32,000 nt of DNA from Saccharolobus solfataricus (GCF_900079115.1 NZ_LT549890.1:30001-62000); one strand, 5' to 3'. Positions 7,633 through 17,337 are shown, numbered from the stretch's first letter. Numbers and translations are program-made. Notes: generated by a model not told the origin, from the sequence alone.

Positions 7633-8286
7633 TCAGAGCTGAACGGCTCTACGTTCTGGAGGAGTCCTCCGTTGGATCGCGAGGAATATCTTGATGTTGT
7701 AGATCACTCCCAGGACGTGAAGGAAGACGTCGTTCCTCCAGGTCGTGGTCCCGTAGGGCCTCCAGAACGCGTTCAGGTAGGTGCCGAAGAACTCCACGTG
7801 GGCCCTCAGGGTAGTGAAGGGCTTCTCCCGCGCTATGAGCTGTGTCGGGGAGGGAGAGAATCCCCTGTCCGCGATCTTAATCCCCTTGAGCGGTGACTTG
7901 AACCTCTTGTCCGAGAAGTTGGCTGGCTTCACCGTGATGGACCTCATGAAGAGGGAGACGGAGATCACGGCCACGGCCTTAAGCCCGTAGTGCGAGACCC
8001 CTCTCTTCTTGGTCCACCTTCCCTCGAACCTCCTCTTGGTTCTCCCCAGGGAGAGCAGCTTCCCGGCCCTCTCCAAGTTACCTTCCCTCCTCTCCAGCTC
8101 CGCCTTCTCCCGAAAGGTCTCCACGCTCCTCTTCCCAGGAGGTAAGTCCAGTAGGAAGGAGTCCACTAGCCACGCCATGAAGTCCACGAGATGCGCGCTC
8201 GCAGGGAGGTAACTGGGTAGGCACTTCTCCTCAAGCTTGAAGGAAATCTCCAACAACTTCTTCCTCACCCCGTACAACCTGCCCAC
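7633..8286 (-). CDS. DDE transposase catalytic ORF of the GC-rich IS (IS4/IS5 type)
   Basis: WLVDSF (D1-like), KIADRGF (the ADRGY-type second D) and LRAHVEFFG (R-x3-E block) are present in that order. GTG start; the frame stays open upstream to about 8330. Confidence 0.7.
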   Translation of the reverse strand: MGRLYGVRKKLLEISFKLEEKCLPSYLPASAHLVDFMAWLVDSFLLDLPPGKRSVETFREKAELERREGNLERAGKLLSLGRTKRRFEGRWTKKRGVSHYGLKAVAVISVSLFMRSITVKPANFSDKRFKSPLKGIKIADRGFSPSPTQLIAREKPFTTLRAHVEFFGTYLNAFWRPYGTTTWRNDVFLHVLGVIYNIKIFLAIQRRTPPERRAVQL

Positions 8287-8444
8287 GAAGTCGTGCAGCG
8301 TTACTACTTCCAGTAAGTCTATAGTCTAGTATTATTTTATAAAATATTATTGAAAATAATTCCATTGTATTGGCCTTAATGAATACATAAAGCTTATCAA
8401 CTTGATTAATTGATTCCTTGTTATCACTATTTATAAGAAACTTA

Positions 8445-8777
8445 TTAATGAATTATAAAGTATAACAAATTTCTGGAAACAGTAGTGCTCTTCCCCACCT
8501 TCCTCCCCACGAACCAGGCCACGACCACGTTCACGTTGACCATTTTCACCGCGTCCCTATAGGAGCAGGAGTAGAGCACCATGACGATTAACAACTTCAG
8601 GTAAACCAGCGCGCCCTCGCCCAGAACCCTCTCCAAATCCATGGCGTCCAGCACGGGCTTGATCTCCGTTAACCATTTTTCCCTCCACGGCATATCCTCT
8701 ATTGGGGGAAGAGGGTAGTACATCAAGTTTGGTATGTGTCTTAATGTTCTTGCCATGGTACTACCCTCTACTCCCAT
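8445..8777 (-). CDS. transposase N-terminal ORF of the GC-rich IS (110 aa)
   Basis: GC-rich coding segment that runs out into an AT-rich spacer; its last 10 or so codons are AT-rich read-through. It lies upstream of, and in a different frame from, the DDE ORF. Confidence 0.55.
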   Translation of the reverse strand: MGVEGSTMARTLRHIPNLMYYPLPPIEDMPWREKWLTEIKPVLDAMDLERVLGEGALVYLKLLIVMVLYSCSYRDAVKMVNVNVVVAWFVGRKVGKSTTVSRNLLYFIIH

Positions 8778-8853
8778 AACTTAAGTGTTACTCCAATTTA
8801 ATCCAAGATAATGCTAAAAATCAATTTATTCTTGTCAATAAAAATTCAATTTT

Positions 8854-8876
8854 TTACATTCCGGACACTCTCACGT
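8854..8876. repeat. terminal inverted repeat, high-coordinate end of the GC-rich IS
   Basis: Exact reverse complement of 7456-7478. Confidence 0.85.
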
Positions 8877-9446
8877 GCATTTTCTAAACATCACTTCATG
8901 TGTATTGACTGGTTCTTACCTAGAGATTGGAGAGGGGAAAGTTATTATTTCCAGATAAATTTTTGAATAATCCTTCCTTTTCAATGTTTTTAATGAAAAA
9001 ACTTTTACAGAATCATTTGCGTTTTCTCGTAACTTGGTGAAACCTAAATCAAAGGGTTATATCAAAAATTATTATATTATTATATTATAAATAATATTAA
9101 AAACCTAAGTGAGGACAAGCTCTTTTTACTTACCACCTACATTGTAAAATAACTTCTCTCCTTAAGGACCATTAATTCCTACCTTATAACTTCGAGAAGC
9201 AGTCCCTATCTTTCTATTTATCCGATTTCTTTCTCATGTTAAAGGAGAAGATTTCTGGCCATATCATTTTAAGAGATTAACATTTATCTTTAAGGTATTA
9301 GCGTAAGTTGCCTCTTTTTTCATATAATATAGACTAAACTAAATAAACCTAATAAACTGAAAGAGTTACAAACCTTGTTAAAATAACCCTATAAAGAGTT
9401 TATAAGAAAAATATTTAAGTTAACAAGAAGCTTTTAATAGTTAGAG

Positions 9447-11228
9447 TTGAGTGATATGGGATTAAAAGATGTTATTGTAGATATTTTCCAACTTGACAAA
9501 GATTGGACTACAAGAATTGTTATGGGAATGTTAGTTTTAGGTGTAATATGGGGCTTATTAGGTGTTATTGATTCATTAATGGTTAGATTAGTTGAGGCTT
9601 CGTGGGGACTTTCGGCTGTCTTACCTTTAACTCCTCAAGAATATTTCGCTGGTATAACATTACATGCTGAAAGGGACTTATTCGGTTTTGCTCAACAAGT
9701 TATTTACGCAATATTTATATATTTTACAATAAAGCTTCTAAACATAGAACCTAGAGCCAAGTGGATGCTTAATCTCGGCTTTATTGCAGTTAATATTTCA
9801 ATGATGTTTATGGAGGGACCAATTTTAATTATACCAGCAGCGGGTTTTGATAACTACTTCTCCGCTACAATATGGTATTATCTCTCACCACTAGGAATAC
9901 CGGGTTATTCTCAATATGTTGTCAGCCCATTATTTTTCTGGGGCTGGATATTACTGGATGCTTTCACTTATATTGGTGGTTTCTGGATAGTATATCATTA
10001 CTACTTAGCTAGTAAAAATATGAAAGAAAAACTTCCAGTTCCTCTTGTTTACTTCTTAATGGTCACCTTAATGTTCATGATAGGGTATTCCGGTGTTACA
10101 GCTGCTGATGTATGGGATGTTTTAGCGTTCTATCACATAGTAGGATTAGATCCAATAGCAAATCAGATAGCGTTCTGGATATTTGGCCATGCGATAGTTT
10201 ACATGGCTTGGGTCCCTGCAGTAGGTGCATTATATCTACTAATACCAATGTTAGCTAACAAACCATTATATAGTGACAGAATGGGAAGAATATCTGCACT
10301 ATTATACTTAATATTCTCTAACAATGTTCCTATCCATCACTTATACATGGTCAATCTTCCCATAGCATTAAAGTTACTCCAAGAAGTTCTAACATATTCC
10401 GTAGTAATACCTTCCATGATGACATTCTTTAACTTGTGGGCAACCGCAAAGGGAGCTGATGTAAAGTGGAATATTATAACCGCCTGGACTGTTACCTCAT
10501 TCGCTGGGGCAATAGCAGCTGGTGTTACTGGTATATCTAACGCAACTATAAGCTTTGACGCAATAGTTCATAACACGGATTGGGTTGTTGGACACTTTCA
10601 TGCAATGATACTATTCTCCATAGTGCCTGCGGCATGGGCAGTATTATACATTATGATAACTATGATGAGTGGAAGGATATGGTTCTCTAAGGGAATGGCA
10701 TGGTTACATTATATTGGTTATATGATAGGCACTACATTTCTAATCGTGGGATTTGAACTAATAGGATTCTACGGCGTAGTTAGGAGGGCTGAGATTTATC
10801 CTAGAGTACCTGGGCTAATTGATGCTGAAGTAATAGCAACTGTTGGTGCAATTATAGCCGATTTAGCTACTTTAGTATGGTTCTTAAATCTAGTATTAAC
10901 TTTAGTTAAAGGGAGACTAGTAAGGCTAGAGGGACTATCATTGCCTCAAGTTGCTGGTGCAGTAGCAATGAGTTTAGAATGGCCATCTTCAATCTCGTTT
11001 ACTAGCCCAGTTTTGAAGTTTATAAAAACTCACAATACTAGCAAAAAAGGTCTAGCGTCAACTATAGTATTAGCAATTGTTGGTGCAATACTTATCGTAG
11101 TTAGTGCTGTTCCGTTGGCTTTTGCAGGTGATGCTTACACTCCACAAACTTGGATTTGGATTACTATTCTTACAATCGGAATTATTTTTTCAGCTATTGG
11201 TTCTCTTAAAGGTATGAAGTCTATTTGA
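9447..11228 (+). CDS. doxB: DoxB, haem-copper terminal quinol oxidase subunit I
   Basis: Polytopic protein carrying the haem/CuB ligand blocks HAERD (helix II His), [10 protein letters not shown] (CuB His plus Tyr), IHHLY (CuB His-His) and VGHFHAM (haem a3/a His). At 590-593 aa it is like Acidianus DoxB, and doxC/doxE-like genes follow. The probable true start is the ATG at 9456. Confidence 0.85.
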   Translation: MSDMGLKDVIVDIFQLDKDWTTRIVMGMLVLGVIWGLLGVIDSLMVRLVEASWGLSAVLPLTPQEYFAGITLHAERDLFGFAQQVIYAIFIYFTIKLLNIEPRAKWMLNLGFIAVNISMMFMEGPILIIPAAGFDNYFSATIWYYLSPLGIPGYSQYVVSPLFFWGWILLDAFTYIGGFWIVYHYYLASKNMKEKLPVPLVYFLMVTLMFMIGYSGVTAADVWDVLAFYHIVGLDPIANQIAFWIFGHAIVYMAWVPAVGALYLLIPMLANKPLYSDRMGRISALLYLIFSNNVPIHHLYMVNLPIALKLLQEVLTYSVVIPSMMTFFNLWATAKGADVKWNIITAWTVTSFAGAIAAGVTGISNATISFDAIVHNTDWVVGHFHAMILFSIVPAAWAVLYIMITMMSGRIWFSKGMAWLHYIGYMIGTTFLIVGFELIGFYGVVRRAEIYPRVPGLIDAEVIATVGAIIADLATLVWFLNLVLTLVKGRLVRLEGLSLPQVAGAVAMSLEWPSSISFTSPVLKFIKTHNTSKKGLASTIVLAIVGAILIVVSAVPLAFAGDAYTPQTWIWITILTIGIIFSAIGSLKGMKSI

Positions 11229-11229
11229 G

Positions 11230-12297
11230 GTGATTAAAGTGGATAGGAAAGAAAAATTTGAACTTTATTGGGTTATATATGTAATTGTACTATTCGCAAT
11301 AGTAATAGGTGCGACTGCACCTGCAGTATATACCGTAGGAGGCGATTTGTCCTCTGTCCAAGCTGGGATTATAATTCCAAACACCGCCGTTAATGAGGGA
11401 AAGGTCATACAAGGTACATTATATGCTTATCAGTATTATTTCGCCATAAAAGAAAATGGAGGGAGTATTACTTCTAACGAGCTAGGAAGTCCGTATTATT
11501 ATAACATAATGGTAGCACATCCCGGCCAATATATTAACTTAACTATGTATGCTGCACCACACATGGCTACTGCTAATTTCTACTACCCAGATTACGCTAC
11601 ACACGTCGATGATGTTCAGATAGTTCCTGGTCTAGTTCAGTATGCACCAGTAGTGGTTCCTAATATTAGCGGTGCTTTTGCCTTTCTAAACGGTGAGTAT
11701 AATGGTCCTTGGTTTAGTTATCAAGAAGGATTATTATTAGTACTACCCTATCAAGGATATATGAGCCAAACTGACGTTAGTAAGTACATTACGCAAACCC
11801 ATTTGGCCCAAACAAGTACTCTGGTTGGCGATCCGTATAATCCCCCTATTGTAGTTTATAATACCACAATGACTCCAACAGTTGATCTTGTTGCGGATCA
11901 ATATGCAATATTTAATAATTCTGTTCCCGGTCCAACAGCAGTAGTGCTAGCTAACTCCAATGTGACCGTAAACATGTATATTCCAACTCCTAATAGTGAT
12001 CATAACTTCCTGTACAACTATTCCACCAGTGGTACCCCCTATCCAGTGAGAAATGTTTACATAGGCATTTACGCAGTGTGGTGGAATGGTAGTATAACAT
12101 TAGTAAAGCAAGTTCCCATACAATATGATAAGACGATAACTTTCACTTTTACAGCCAATGCGCCGGCTTATCTATATGGTTTAATCACTCCAGTTTACTA
12201 TAATTATAATTTCATGAATATGTCTAATACTCTAACCGGAGAACAATACGGATATGTAATGGGATTATGGGGTACAATTTTGGTTGAACAAGGGTGA
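11230..12297 (+). CDS. doxC: DoxC, quinol oxidase subunit (subunit II analogue without a CuA site)
   Basis: Starts 1 nt after the doxB stop. It has one N-terminal TM helix and a Y/N/T-rich, sequon-rich ectodomain. There is no cysteine anywhere, so no CuA centre. The 355-aa size and position match DoxC. Confidence 0.7.
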   Translation: MIKVDRKEKFELYWVIYVIVLFAIVIGATAPAVYTVGGDLSSVQAGIIIPNTAVNEGKVIQGTLYAYQYYFAIKENGGSITSNELGSPYYYNIMVAHPGQYINLTMYAAPHMATANFYYPDYATHVDDVQIVPGLVQYAPVVVPNISGAFAFLNGEYNGPWFSYQEGLLLVLPYQGYMSQTDVSKYITQTHLAQTSTLVGDPYNPPIVVYNTTMTPTVDLVADQYAIFNNSVPGPTAVVLANSNVTVNMYIPTPNSDHNFLYNYSTSGTPYPVRNVYIGIYAVWWNGSITLVKQVPIQYDKTITFTFTANAPAYLYGLITPVYYNYNFMNMSNTLTGEQYGYVMGLWGTILVEQG

Positions 12298-12494
12298 TGA
12301 ATATGGTTAGCTTCTTTAAGTTATTAGGTATAGGGTATATATTAGCAATTGCATTATTAGTGTGGGAGCTAACTGAGGAAACGCTTCACGCTGCAGCTAC
12401 TAGCTATATTTTACCATTTACAATTGGTGCCTTTATAGGGTTTATATCATTCTTTCTGTTCGTCTATTTTGCACCCGAAGAAGAACATAAATAA
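12294..12494 (+). CDS. doxE: DoxE, small membrane subunit of the quinol oxidase
   Basis: 66 aa with two hydrophobic helices and a 4-nt GTGA overlap with doxC. Size and position match doxE. Confidence 0.6.
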   Translation: MMNMVSFFKLLGIGYILAIALLVWELTEETLHAAATSYILPFTIGAFIGFISFFLFVYFAPEEEHK

Positions 12495-12505
12495 TTGAAG
12501 GTAAT

Positions 12506-12525
12506 TTCTTTTTTTAATTATTTTT
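12506..12525 (+). terminator. T-rich tract downstream of doxE
   Basis: TTCTTTTTTTAATTATTTTT begins 12 nt after the doxE stop codon. Confidence 0.35.
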
Positions 12526-12590
12526 GATTATCATCATACAGAGTAAAACTTTTTAAGCTAAACTAACTTAGTATATATTAGTGAGATAAT

Positions 12591-12785
12591 ATGCAACGAA
12601 TTGATAAGTCCATGGCTATAAGTGGAATTGTAATACTGAGTCTTTCACTTATAATGCTACTAATGGCAATATTCTCATCCTCAATGTTAGCGTGGCTTGC
12701 ACCGGAACCTAGATACTATATACCAACTTTAGGTTTTATAATATCTTCATTTTTGCTAGCTTGTTGTAAGACTACTAGTAAATAA
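12591..12785 (+). CDS. small two-helix membrane protein (in the position of doxF)
   Basis: 64 aa with two hydrophobic segments. A TATA-like AAAACTTTTTAAGC lies about 30-40 nt upstream. The 3' end overlaps the convergent tatD by 30 nt. The doxF equivalence rests on position only. Confidence 0.45.
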   Translation: MQRIDKSMAISGIVILSLSLIMLLMAIFSSSMLAWLAPEPRYYIPTLGFIISSFLLACCKTTSK

Positions 12786-13499
12786 AGAGACAAAATTCTT
12801 GTATATTTTCTCCTCAATTTCTATTTCTTCAATCCTTTTTAATAGACTAATTTGCTTAACAACAATTTTCACGGTACATGGTTTATTTCTACTCATTTTT
12901 TCAGGACCCATAAACGGTGAATCAGTCTCTGTAAGGATGAAATCTAAAGGAATTTCCTTAGCAACTTTTTGTCTAACCTTATCCCTTACTATTATTGGAG
13001 GAATTGATATTAATCCGCCGTACTCAATTACCTTATTGGCTATCTTAACGCTTCCTTCAAAACTGTGTATCACAAATCTAATCCTATAGGAGTTAATTAT
13101 TTCCAAGAAATCTTTCATTCCTCCTCTTATATGGATTATTACTGGTTTGTTTTCTTTTTCGGCTATTTGCAAAAATTTCTCCAGAACTTCTATTTGTTTT
13201 TTCCTAAGATCCTCGTCTTTTATCCAAAAGTAATCTAAACCGACTTCACTTATTATCTTCCCATACCTAGTTAATTCCAAACACTTATCAATCTCATTAA
13301 CCTTATCCTTTACAAATTCTGGATGAAAACCTATTGCTGGAATAATATTCTTATATTTTTTAGCTAGCTCCAGTGTATGTAAATTACTTTGGAAATCGAC
13401 ACCAGCATTCACTATTAATATTTGGCATTCATTTATTACGAATTCCCTATCCATGTCAAATTCCTTTACATCAATATGAGCATGGGAATCTACTAACAT
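12756..13499 (-). CDS. tatD: TatD-family metal-dependent hydrolase/DNase
   Basis: Contains VDSHAH at the N terminus, GLDYFW, IIHIRGG, VIHSFEGS and LTETDSPFM, the canonical TatD metal-ligand blocks. Confidence 0.85.
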   Translation of the reverse strand: MLVDSHAHIDVKEFDMDREFVINECQILIVNAGVDFQSNLHTLELAKKYKNIIPAIGFHPEFVKDKVNEIDKCLELTRYGKIISEVGLDYFWIKDEDLRKKQIEVLEKFLQIAEKENKPVIIHIRGGMKDFLEIINSYRIRFVIHSFEGSVKIANKVIEYGGLISIPPIIVRDKVRQKVAKEIPLDFILTETDSPFMGPEKMSRNKPCTVKIVVKQISLLKRIEEIEIEEKIYKNFVSLFTSSLTTS

Positions 13500-13530
13500 T
13501 AAGGAAAAAGAGAAAAAAATACTTAAAAAA

Positions 13531-13707
13531 TTACTTCCAAGGTTCTTTCAATAACTGTATTTTTACTACTCCCTCACTTTCATCAAAAGTTACCTTTACT
13601 AGATCTCCCTCTTTAATCTGGAACTTCTGTCTCACTTTGGCTGGAATCGTTACTTGATAGTTTCTTGATACTTTTACTATTTCTTCTACTGCCATTCTAT
13701 TCACCAT
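13531..13707 (-). CDS. AbrB/SpoVT-family small DNA-binding protein (58 aa), absent from the ORF track
   Basis: My own translation is MVNRMAVEEIVKVSRNYQVTIPAKVRQKFQIKEGDLVKVTFDESEGVVKIQLLKEPWK, with a TAA stop at 13531-13533. VTIPAKVRQKFQIKEGDLV is the swapped-hairpin AbrB/MazE signature. A TTTATATATT TATA box at 13733-13742 fits a leaderless start at 13707; an alternative ATG lies at 13695. The gene sits 31 nt upstream of tatD on the same strand. Confidence 0.7.
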   Translation of the reverse strand: MVNRMAVEEIVKVSRNYQVTIPAKVRQKFQIKEGDLVKVTFDESEGVVKIQLLKEPWK

Positions 13708-13943
13708 AATACTCTATTACTTATCTAATATATAAATCTTACTCAGATTTGTAAATAATAGATACTAGTACATAAGTGAGAATGATGTAGTAATGCTTTA
13801 TATCCAAAGTATATTAGTAATACTTAATAGTAACTATTTTTGTATAATACTTGCATTAGAGGTTTATAGATTCAATAGTTACCTTACTATGGTTGGAAAA
13901 AATTTTTATATGTGACTTGTTAGATTCTTTATTAGTGAGATAA

Positions 13944-14333
13944 ATGTCTGAAACCCAATTAAGTGAGGGCACAAGAATAAAGTTACCATCTGGAAAGGAT
14001 GCTGGTCTAGTAGATATTTTGTCATTTTGCTACGGTCTATCAGAAACTGATGTTACAGTACTACTTGCACTAATGAAAGGCGATGCCAGAGGTACTGAAG
14101 AATTAGAAAGTGATCTTAAGCTTTCTAAGGCTTCGATCAATAGAAGTCTAAATAAGCTACTTGAAATGGGATTAGTAATGAGGATAAAGGAGCCAGGTAA
14201 TAAGGCTGGAAGACCAAGGTATTTGTACAAGGCAAGGGATTACGCTGAGCTTAAAGGTAAGATGCTTAGCGATATAAAGGATTGCGCAGATAAGATGGCA
14301 CAACTAGTTGAAAAGGAATTCAAGCCATTGTAA
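13944..14333 (+). CDS. small winged-helix regulator, Lrs14/Sta1-like
   Basis: 129 aa. LSETDVTVLLALMKGDARGTEELESDLKLSKASINRSLNKLLEMGLV...GRPRYLY is a MarR/TrmB-type wHTH with a wing. Size, family and relative gene position suggest the S. solfataricus Sta1 protein, but I cannot verify this from sequence alone. Confidence 0.7.
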   Translation: MSETQLSEGTRIKLPSGKDAGLVDILSFCYGLSETDVTVLLALMKGDARGTEELESDLKLSKASINRSLNKLLEMGLVMRIKEPGNKAGRPRYLYKARDYAELKGKMLSDIKDCADKMAQLVEKEFKPL

Positions 14334-14339
14334 TTTTTT
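14334..14339 (+). terminator. T6 run directly after the stop codon of the Lrs14-like gene
   Basis: TAATTTTTTC, with the stop codon TAA at 14331-14333. Confidence 0.3.
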
Positions 14340-14399
14340 CAAGATTTCTCTATTTTTAGTACTTTAGATTTAAAAGCTTTAATATAATAGTGAATATTA

Positions 14400-14795
14400 A
14401 TGTTTTGGCATAGGAGAAGAGGGTTAAAGTGGCTTATATTATACGTCTTATCTAAGGGTCCAATGACAGGTGCTCAAATTATGGATGAGATAGAGAAGAC
14501 AAGTCATGGTATGTGGAGACCATCTCCGGGTTCTATCTATCCTGCATTAGACGCTCTGGAATCTGAGGGTTTAATAAGGATTAGCAGAGTCGATGGATGG
14601 AAAAAATATTATGAGTTAACAGAAGAGGGTAGAAAAGCTATAGGAGCTATGTCAGAGGAGGATAAAATCAAAGAAGCAATAGAACAATTGGAGTTCTCCG
14701 CTAGATACATAGTCGAGAATCTAGAGAAATTAAATGACGAAGATAAGCGAAAAGTGAAAAATATATTGGACGAATTAAGTAAAGTTATGCGATAG
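14400..14795 (+). CDS. PadR-family winged-helix transcriptional regulator
   Basis: LILYVLSKGPMTGAQIMDEIEKTSHGMWRPSPGSIYPALDALESEGLI is the PadR signature. 131 aa. Confidence 0.8.
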   Translation: MFWHRRRGLKWLILYVLSKGPMTGAQIMDEIEKTSHGMWRPSPGSIYPALDALESEGLIRISRVDGWKKYYELTEEGRKAIGAMSEEDKIKEAIEQLEFSARYIVENLEKLNDEDKRKVKNILDELSKVMR

Positions 14796-14828
14796 ATTTT
14801 TATTTGATAAGTTATATTTACTATCAAT

Positions 14829-15578
14829 ATGCCTATTGAAGTTTATGAGTATGACAAATACATTTTATTGAAATTTTATCAAGCTGATAATAGATACAAT
14901 CTATTTAATGTTGAGTTTATGACACAGATGATAGATGTTTTATCGGCAATCAATGAGAACAAGGGAAAAAGATTTCTCGTCATTAGAGGAGAAGATAACT
15001 TTGGTGCAGGTGCAGATATAAGAGAATTAATTAAAGCCTCTAATGATAGTGAATTTGCAGTTACATTCTTTACCTATATGAGGGAAGTATTTCATAAGAT
15101 GCTTGATTTAAATAAAATAGTTATTTCTCAAGTGAAAAAAATAGCCTATGGAGCTTCTATGGAATTATTGTTATTCTCAGATTACGTGATATCAGAAAAA
15201 AAGGCAATGTTTGCAACACCGGGTGTGAAAATAGGCGTATTTCCCCCAGTTCTCTCATCAGTTGGCCATTTTATATTAGGCTATAATAACGTTAAGAGAA
15301 TTGCAATGAAAGGTGATGTTATTGATACAAATGAGGCTAAATCTATTGGCCTAGTACATATTATTGACGACGACTTAGACAAGGCAACTTTAGATTTAAT
15401 AGAAGAACTATCGACCCTTGCGCCTTCTGCAACATTGTATATAAAAAGAAATATGTTGAGGACATTTAGAAATTATATTGATAAAGCCTTTGATGATCTT
15501 ATTGTACAAATCCAGAGTGAGGAGGCAAGAGAGGGGCTGTTAAGCTTTCTTAATAAGACTAATCCTCCTTGGATTTAG
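14829..15578 (+). CDS. enoyl-CoA hydratase/isomerase (crotonase) superfamily protein
   Basis: VIRGEDNFGAGADIRELI and AYGASMELLLFSDYVIS correspond to the two oxyanion-hole blocks of the crotonase fold. Substrate unknown. Confidence 0.8.
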   Translation: MPIEVYEYDKYILLKFYQADNRYNLFNVEFMTQMIDVLSAINENKGKRFLVIRGEDNFGAGADIRELIKASNDSEFAVTFFTYMREVFHKMLDLNKIVISQVKKIAYGASMELLLFSDYVISEKKAMFATPGVKIGVFPPVLSSVGHFILGYNNVKRIAMKGDVIDTNEAKSIGLVHIIDDDLDKATLDLIEELSTLAPSATLYIKRNMLRTFRNYIDKAFDDLIVQIQSEEAREGLLSFLNKTNPPWI

Positions 15579-16585
15579 CTAATTTCCCTTAACCTTAAAA
15601 GTCGCCCTCCCGCATAAAGGAAGACTATAGTAAAGAGGAAGACTATAGAGACCAGTATGGGATTAGGTGATATACCATATACTATCAGATCTCTTATAAT
15701 TGTTATGATTACAGATAATGGTTGATATTCAACGAATATTCTTACTATTGGCGGATATACGTTAGGAGGAAAGAACGCATTACTTAAGAACATCAGCGGA
15801 AATACTAGAACATTAGCCACTATCTCCGAAAGAAATATTTTATCCTTTGGTGTCAATCCGTAGATTATAGCTCCTAGACCGCCAAACAGTAAAGTTGCAA
15901 TTACTAAAAATCCAAGAAATTCTATGCCTATTATTGGTATAAAACCAAATAGAATTCCTAAAATTATTACTGCAGTTGTGGAAATTAATGTTATAATTAT
16001 CACGTAGATTATTAGCGAGATCACCCATTCATAACTCTTTAACGGCGATGTAGCTAATCTTTCGATTATTCTATCCCTAAAATAACTAGCAGAAACTCCT
16101 ATCGTACTAAGTATTCCATTAGAGAGTGAGATTATTCCTATTATTCCGGATATTAAGTAATTATAATAAGTATAATTTGATATCTGTAAAACTGTAAAAT
16201 CGTATGTGTTATTTACCTTTTGATAGTACTGCTCAATGACCGATTCCAATACTGGTACGAACTCCTGATTTTGCTTGCTAGTATATATTGTAAAGCTAGA
16301 CCCATTCGATATAACGTAAATATAGTCATGTTCAGCTGCGTATTTTAGACTTACGTTAGTTACTCCTTGGAATATTTCTGTAGAATTCAGATACTTTGCT
16401 AGACCATAATTTCCTTCTACAGCGACAGTAACGTGAAAATAGCTACTAAATCCTCCAAATACAAGACCAAATAGTAGTGTTATGATAATAGGAAAGACGA
16501 TAATCCAGAAGATTACAAATCTATTTCTTAAATTATCCTTAACTAATGCAGAAACAGTTAGTAATATCCTATTCATTGTTCTCAC
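15575..16585 (-). CDS. ABC-2 type transporter permease
   Basis: N-terminal TM helix, a large extracytoplasmic loop, then about 5 clustered TM helices. Overlaps the upstream ATPase gene by 17 nt. Confidence 0.75.
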   Translation of the reverse strand: MRTMNRILLTVSALVKDNLRNRFVIFWIIVFPIIITLLFGLVFGGFSSYFHVTVAVEGNYGLAKYLNSTEIFQGVTNVSLKYAAEHDYIYVISNGSSFTIYTSKQNQEFVPVLESVIEQYYQKVNNTYDFTVLQISNYTYYNYLISGIIGIISLSNGILSTIGVSASYFRDRIIERLATSPLKSYEWVISLIIYVIIITLISTTAVIILGILFGFIPIIGIEFLGFLVIATLLFGGLGAIIYGLTPKDKIFLSEIVANVLVFPLMFLSNAFFPPNVYPPIVRIFVEYQPLSVIITIIRDLIVYGISPNPILVSIVFLFTIVFLYAGGRLLRLREIS

Positions 16586-17309
16586 TATCTTCTAAAGACT
16601 TAATTAATTCTAGATAAGCGTCTTCTAAATTAGTAGCCTTAAATTCTGCCATTATTTCGTCTGCTGTTGAGACTTTTATTAATTTGCCTCCATATAGTAT
16701 CGCAACTCTATCCGATAGCTTTTGCGCTTCATCTAGATAATGCGTTGTTAGGAAGATTGTTACTCCCTTATTTTTCATCATCTTTATAATTTCCCAAAAT
16801 CCTCTTCTAGCCTTAGGATCTAGACCCACAGTTGGTTCATCCAAAAATAAAATTTCTTGGCTTCCTGCAAATGCAGATGCAATTCCTACTCTTCGTACAT
16901 AACCCCCAGATAAATATCTTAGTTTCTGATTTTTTACCTTTTCTAAATCTAATAATGAAATTAATTCATCAACTTGCGTTTCCTTCCCATTATATAATTT
17001 GACAAAATACTCTATATTCTCCCTTACAGTCAAATCTAAAAATCCTTGATAGTCTTGTGGCATTACCCCAATCCTTTCTCTAATCTTTCCACACTCATTC
17101 GGTACCTTATATCCGATTACCTTAACCTCTCCCCTAGTTGGCTTTAGCACACAAGAGAGTATTTTCACAGTTGTTGTCTTCCCTGCTCCATTTGGCCCGA
17201 GCAATGAAAATATTTCGCCTTTATAAACTGTAAACGAGATCCCCCTTAATACTTCTTTATCCTTGTATTCTTTATATAAGTCCTTAACCTCAACTATAAC
17301 ATTAGTCAT
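16569..17309 (-). CDS. ABC transporter ATP-binding protein (DrrA/ABC-2 subfamily)
   Basis: Walker A GPNGAGKTTT, signature LSGGYVRR and Walker B LFLDEPTVGLD. Confidence 0.9.
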   Translation of the reverse strand: MTNVIVEVKDLYKEYKDKEVLRGISFTVYKGEIFSLLGPNGAGKTTTVKILSCVLKPTRGEVKVIGYKVPNECGKIRERIGVMPQDYQGFLDLTVRENIEYFVKLYNGKETQVDELISLLDLEKVKNQKLRYLSGGYVRRVGIASAFAGSQEILFLDEPTVGLDPKARRGFWEIIKMMKNKGVTIFLTTHYLDEAQKLSDRVAILYGGKLIKVSTADEIMAEFKATNLEDAYLELIKSLEDSENNE

Positions 17310-17337
17310 ATATGCTAATTATTTCATAATAGTTAAT

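Larger units (their letters stand above)
7456..8876 (-). mobile_element. GC-rich IS4/IS5-type insertion sequence, possibly ISC1439-like
   Basis: Perfect 21-bp terminal inverted repeats: ACGTGAGAGTGTCCGGAATGT at 7456-7476 and its reverse complement at 8856-8876, extending to 23 bp. Weaker inverted similarity continues outward to about 7433 and 8897. Two minus-strand transposase ORFs are present. G+C is far above the surroundings. Confidence 0.75.

Noticed and set aside
7672-8212. Plus-strand ORFs 7672..7896, 7781..7990 and 8009..8212 inside the GC-rich IS.
   Set aside because: These are shadow frames antisense to the DDE transposase ORF. High GC suppresses stop codons, and no motifs are present.
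9061-9100. AT-only stretch with ATTAT/TATTA micro-repeats upstream of doxB.
   Set aside because: It is low-complexity AT-rich intergenic DNA, common in this genome type. It has no defined repeat unit and no ORB-like or CRISPR-like periodicity.
12799-13657. Plus-strand ORFs 12799..13089 and 13373..13657.
   Set aside because: They are antisense to tatD and to the AbrB mini-gene. Their products are low-complexity and Leu/Ile/Ser-rich, typical of shadow frames in AT-rich coding DNA.
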